A stretch of 64,000 bases of DNA from positions 34,660,001 through 34,724,000 of the forward strand of contig NC_087251.1 of assembly GCF_037042905.1 (NCBI RefSeq). The letters run 5' to 3'. This stretch comes from Lytechinus pictus. Its lineage: Eukaryota. The notes below the pieces were generated by a model, which saw only the letters and a program-made list of their open reading frames with translations, had not been told where the DNA came from and did not search any database. Shown here piece by piece: positions 61,201-64,000 of the stretch. The position numbers and the translations under genes were made by a program. Within the stretch, counting starts at the first letter, position 1. Each line of letters starts with the position of its first letter.

Positions 61201-64000
61201 AGAGATATCACCAGATTTATACATAAAAATGATAGCTTATTCTGACAATGCACACTTTCTGATGGGTTCAAAGCACTTTCAGCATAATATTCAGCTAAGT
61301 AGCTGTTTGTAATCTACGTGTATATAATATTTGTTATCTAAAGGAACTGTTGCTGGCCTAGCGCCATGAGCGTCTCTGGACGGTGTGCGCGCTATATAGA
61401 ATATCACTATTATTATTATTATTATTACCATGGTTATTGCATACAACAAATTTCAAAATGTACTTCGTTGGTGAAAACTTCAAATGTCTTTCCTAACTGC
61501 TTAAAGGGAAAGTTTATCCTGACAAACTACCAGAAAAAATAATTGAATATATTGGTGAAGGTTTGAGGAAAATCCATTAAAGATTAAGAAAGTTATTATA
61601 ATTTTAAGTTTTTTCTTTGTGATGTCACATGTGCAAGCACCTGCCCCATATAATATGTAATTTAATATAATATGTAAAAATCTCATTTTTTTAATGGATC
61701 ATGTGACTAACATTTTTTTTCTTTCAGGAGTGGATGTAAAATGATTTGTTGATATACTGATGGTACATTTAAAACCATTTTCAAATTTTTGAGAAAAAAT
61801 TATATTTCACTGATTTTTTAAAATTCATGCTATACAGAATGCTGCTTTTATATGACCGCACAAATAATGAAAAACATTCTAATTCCTTTTTTAATCTTTG
61901 ATGGATTTATTTAAATCTTCACCAAAATTTAATGTATTTTTTTTCTATTTTTATAAATTAACCGTTTGGTCGGGTGAACTTTCCATTTAATAAAAGGCAA
62001 AGGTCAACAAAGATTTATTTCTCGCACCATATCTTGTCTTTTCCATTAAGTTTGACATAAGATGAATCAATGACATGTAAAAGTCTTAAAAGAAAACTCA
62101 CCTTTTCGCCCCAATCTTCTCCCCAGCTGTTCTTTACAATCCAATAAGGTTCTCCATCTGCAAACATTAAAATATTAATGTGTTATAATATTGATGTGTT
62201 ATAAACTCATGAAATCTAACTTTTGTCATATTTTTCTAACCTTGTAATGGTAATAATGATATGGGGTAATTGTATACCACACATATCCGCCTTGTTAAAT
62301 GCACAAGGCACTCCGATATTACCCTGGACAAGCTAGGCTACCAGTTGCAGTGCTAACAGCTTTTGGAGGAATCACTTCCTGCCGGGAGGATCTGCCCTTC
62401 TGCTCTCCCTTCAGGTATGCCATCATATCAACAATTTTTATAATTTCTTTCTTTTCAATCAAAATCAAATCAGAATGTATTTTTTCTGGTAAAAATACCT
62501 TTCTTCATCTTGCAACTCTTTGCTAATTATCAACAACAAAAAACAGACTTTAACCTTGACTTGTATTTCAAATACTTGTGTATTGTAATTTTTTTAGTGA
62601 ACCAAGTATACCCGAGTTGGAATTATTTCCTCATGTTTTCATCATCTTTTGTTTTGTTTTGTGTATTTACATTGTATCTACATGTGTGTAAACCAGTGAA
62701 AAAGGAATTTCCTTTATGGACAATACAGTTATTCAATTCAATTCAATATACAATGCAATAAAAGCTGTGCAGAATATGCAATTATCTAAGACTTCAAAAT
62801 ACACTCCATTTATTGTACACATGAAATGCAAAAGTAGTGTTACCTTTGACAGCATATCCAACAATGAGGACACCATGATCCAAGTCATCGGGATTGCATA
62901 AGATCTTCCAAGGATGTGCGATTCCTCCTGAGTAGAACTGCATCATCTCGGCATTGATACTGATGGAGATGGGTCCATGTGCTGCTAGCCATCCGGCCAT
63001 CTCTGCAAAATACAAATTTTGAAGGAAATAATATTTAGACTTCTACCAACCTTAACAATAATCATGGCGAGCTTTCATATTTTGAACATTATACCAGATT
63101 GTCCATACCATAATAATGTTTCTGTTACGGTAACTCCAGTAGGAACTCAGCAGGATAGCTTTCTGCTGCATAGTGCTAAGCTGGAATTACATAGGGAACA
63201 TTTTACATCTAAGTAAATCAGTAATAATTGTGGACCTTAAAGATGACAGAAATTACACGATGGTCTTTTCATTAAAGTGGATACAATGGCCAAGGAGTGA
63301 TACAAACTCACAACCTCACAATTATGAGTCAAAAGCTCTAACCTCTAGACCACACAACTCTGAGACCTAGGAAACGTTTCATGAAATGACTTGTAAGACA
63401 ACAAATGATGCACTCTACGATAACCAGGGATACAAAATTAAAATCTGCCATTTTCTTAATTTATTGAAAAAAGGGCTGTGCCATGGCCTTTTTATAAGAG
63501 TTAATTATCATTTTGTAAGCTTTATAATGTGCATTACTAATGCCAGTGGTGTCCACGATTGTTCTGCAGTTGTACTTCCGGGCCAGTATTTAATAAAAAT
63601 AACAAGTATTGATGAAGTAAGTATTTTACTTAGCATTTTGCCTTGCTAAGCAAAATTCAAACCACTTCTAAGTATTTGACTGTATTAAGCCAAATTGAAG
63701 CAAAACACTTGCTAATAACCATTGTGACGTTACTGTGACGGCAATGTATGAATCCAGCTGCGCAAAAGATGTACGACTGCACATAATTATGTAGTTTGTA
63801 AACTGCACAAAATACTTTAATAGCCAAAAAAGGCAATGGAATAATAAAACTAGATAAGTCTTTTACTTATCAGAATACTGAGTAAAACACTGAAAATTAT
63901 GGCTAAGGTATCAAATTGAATACCGGCCCAGGTGAATTACTTCAAATTATTTGCTGACCTGTTTCATTCTTGGAGATATTCACATAGCCATTAATCTTCA
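55275..64000 (-). CDS. CTSF: Cathepsin F paralogue, 5'-partial (last four exons in the window)
   Basis: Exons 64000-63959 (partial), 63002-62844 (His motif DHGVLIVGY), 62157-62102 (YWIVKNSWG) and 55349-55275 (stop). Splice sites and frame are intact. Confidence 0.9.
55530..56598 (+). mobile_element. Two head-to-tail TSD-less elements (55530-55974, 55975-56598) with the same architecture as 33922-34436
   Basis: 5' TTATATGACACCTA with inverse at 55789-55802; 5' TTATATAACTCA with inverse at 56417-56428. Each is followed by a long palindrome around TTCAACTCGGCT..GCCTCGTTGAA and ends TTGTATA. Empty site in copy 1 at ~33325. Confidence 0.8.
57440..58285. repeat. Minisatellite of AATC(G/A)GCGCC-based ~20-bp subunits with a higher-order period of ~100-120 bp
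   Basis: Recurrent AAATCGGCGCC, AAGAATAATCAGCGCC and CACCTAAATCTAAATCGG. Confidence 0.9.
58640..59786 (+). mobile_element. 5'-truncated CR1/L2-group (Crack/Daphne-like) LINE: ORF2 C-terminus, 3' UTR and (TAAA)n tail
   Basis: IIWGNT...LQKRAARYI...LSW...MFKCIHGLAP...HNYHTR...FRFSGAKRWNDIP, stop at 59085; (TAAA)n at 59757-59786. Confidence 0.85.

Larger units (their letters stand above)
52011..64000. repeat. Segmental duplication copy 2, homologous to 28529-37453
   Basis: Colinear with copy 1; extends to the window end. Confidence 0.95.

Overview
AT-rich, intron-rich, repeat-dense animal genomic DNA. The repeat style suggests an invertebrate deuterostome such as a sea urchin (inference only). 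Three spliced host genes lie on the minus strand: (1) a secreted type-B carboxylesterase/cholinesterase-like gene, with 6 exons at 868-23542 and its 3' end off the left edge; (2) a complete 11-exon cathepsin F gene with an N-terminal cystatin domain (33072-47295, 456 aa); (3) the 3' part of a tandem cathepsin F paralogue (55275-64000), in a duplicated segment offset by about 22-27 kb. Intron 1 of the esterase holds an apparently full-length, intact ~10.1 kb L1/Tx1-type non-LTR retrotransposon (ORF1 330 aa; ORF2 APE-RT-CCHC 1248 aa). Its most unusual feature is a 4.6 kb inter-ORF spacer containing three diverged ~1 kb units. These carry a family of related hairpins whose G-U pairs work only on the element's sense strand, plus conserved CCAAT, CRE, GC-box and bZIP-like motifs. 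This is the best candidate for an undescribed system. The rest of the window is non-autonomous DNA transposons (many with readable TSDs and empty sites in the paralogue), SINE/LINE fragments, micro- and minisatellites, and palindromes. All coordinates, splicing and base-pairing were read by hand; no database searches or folding programs were run.
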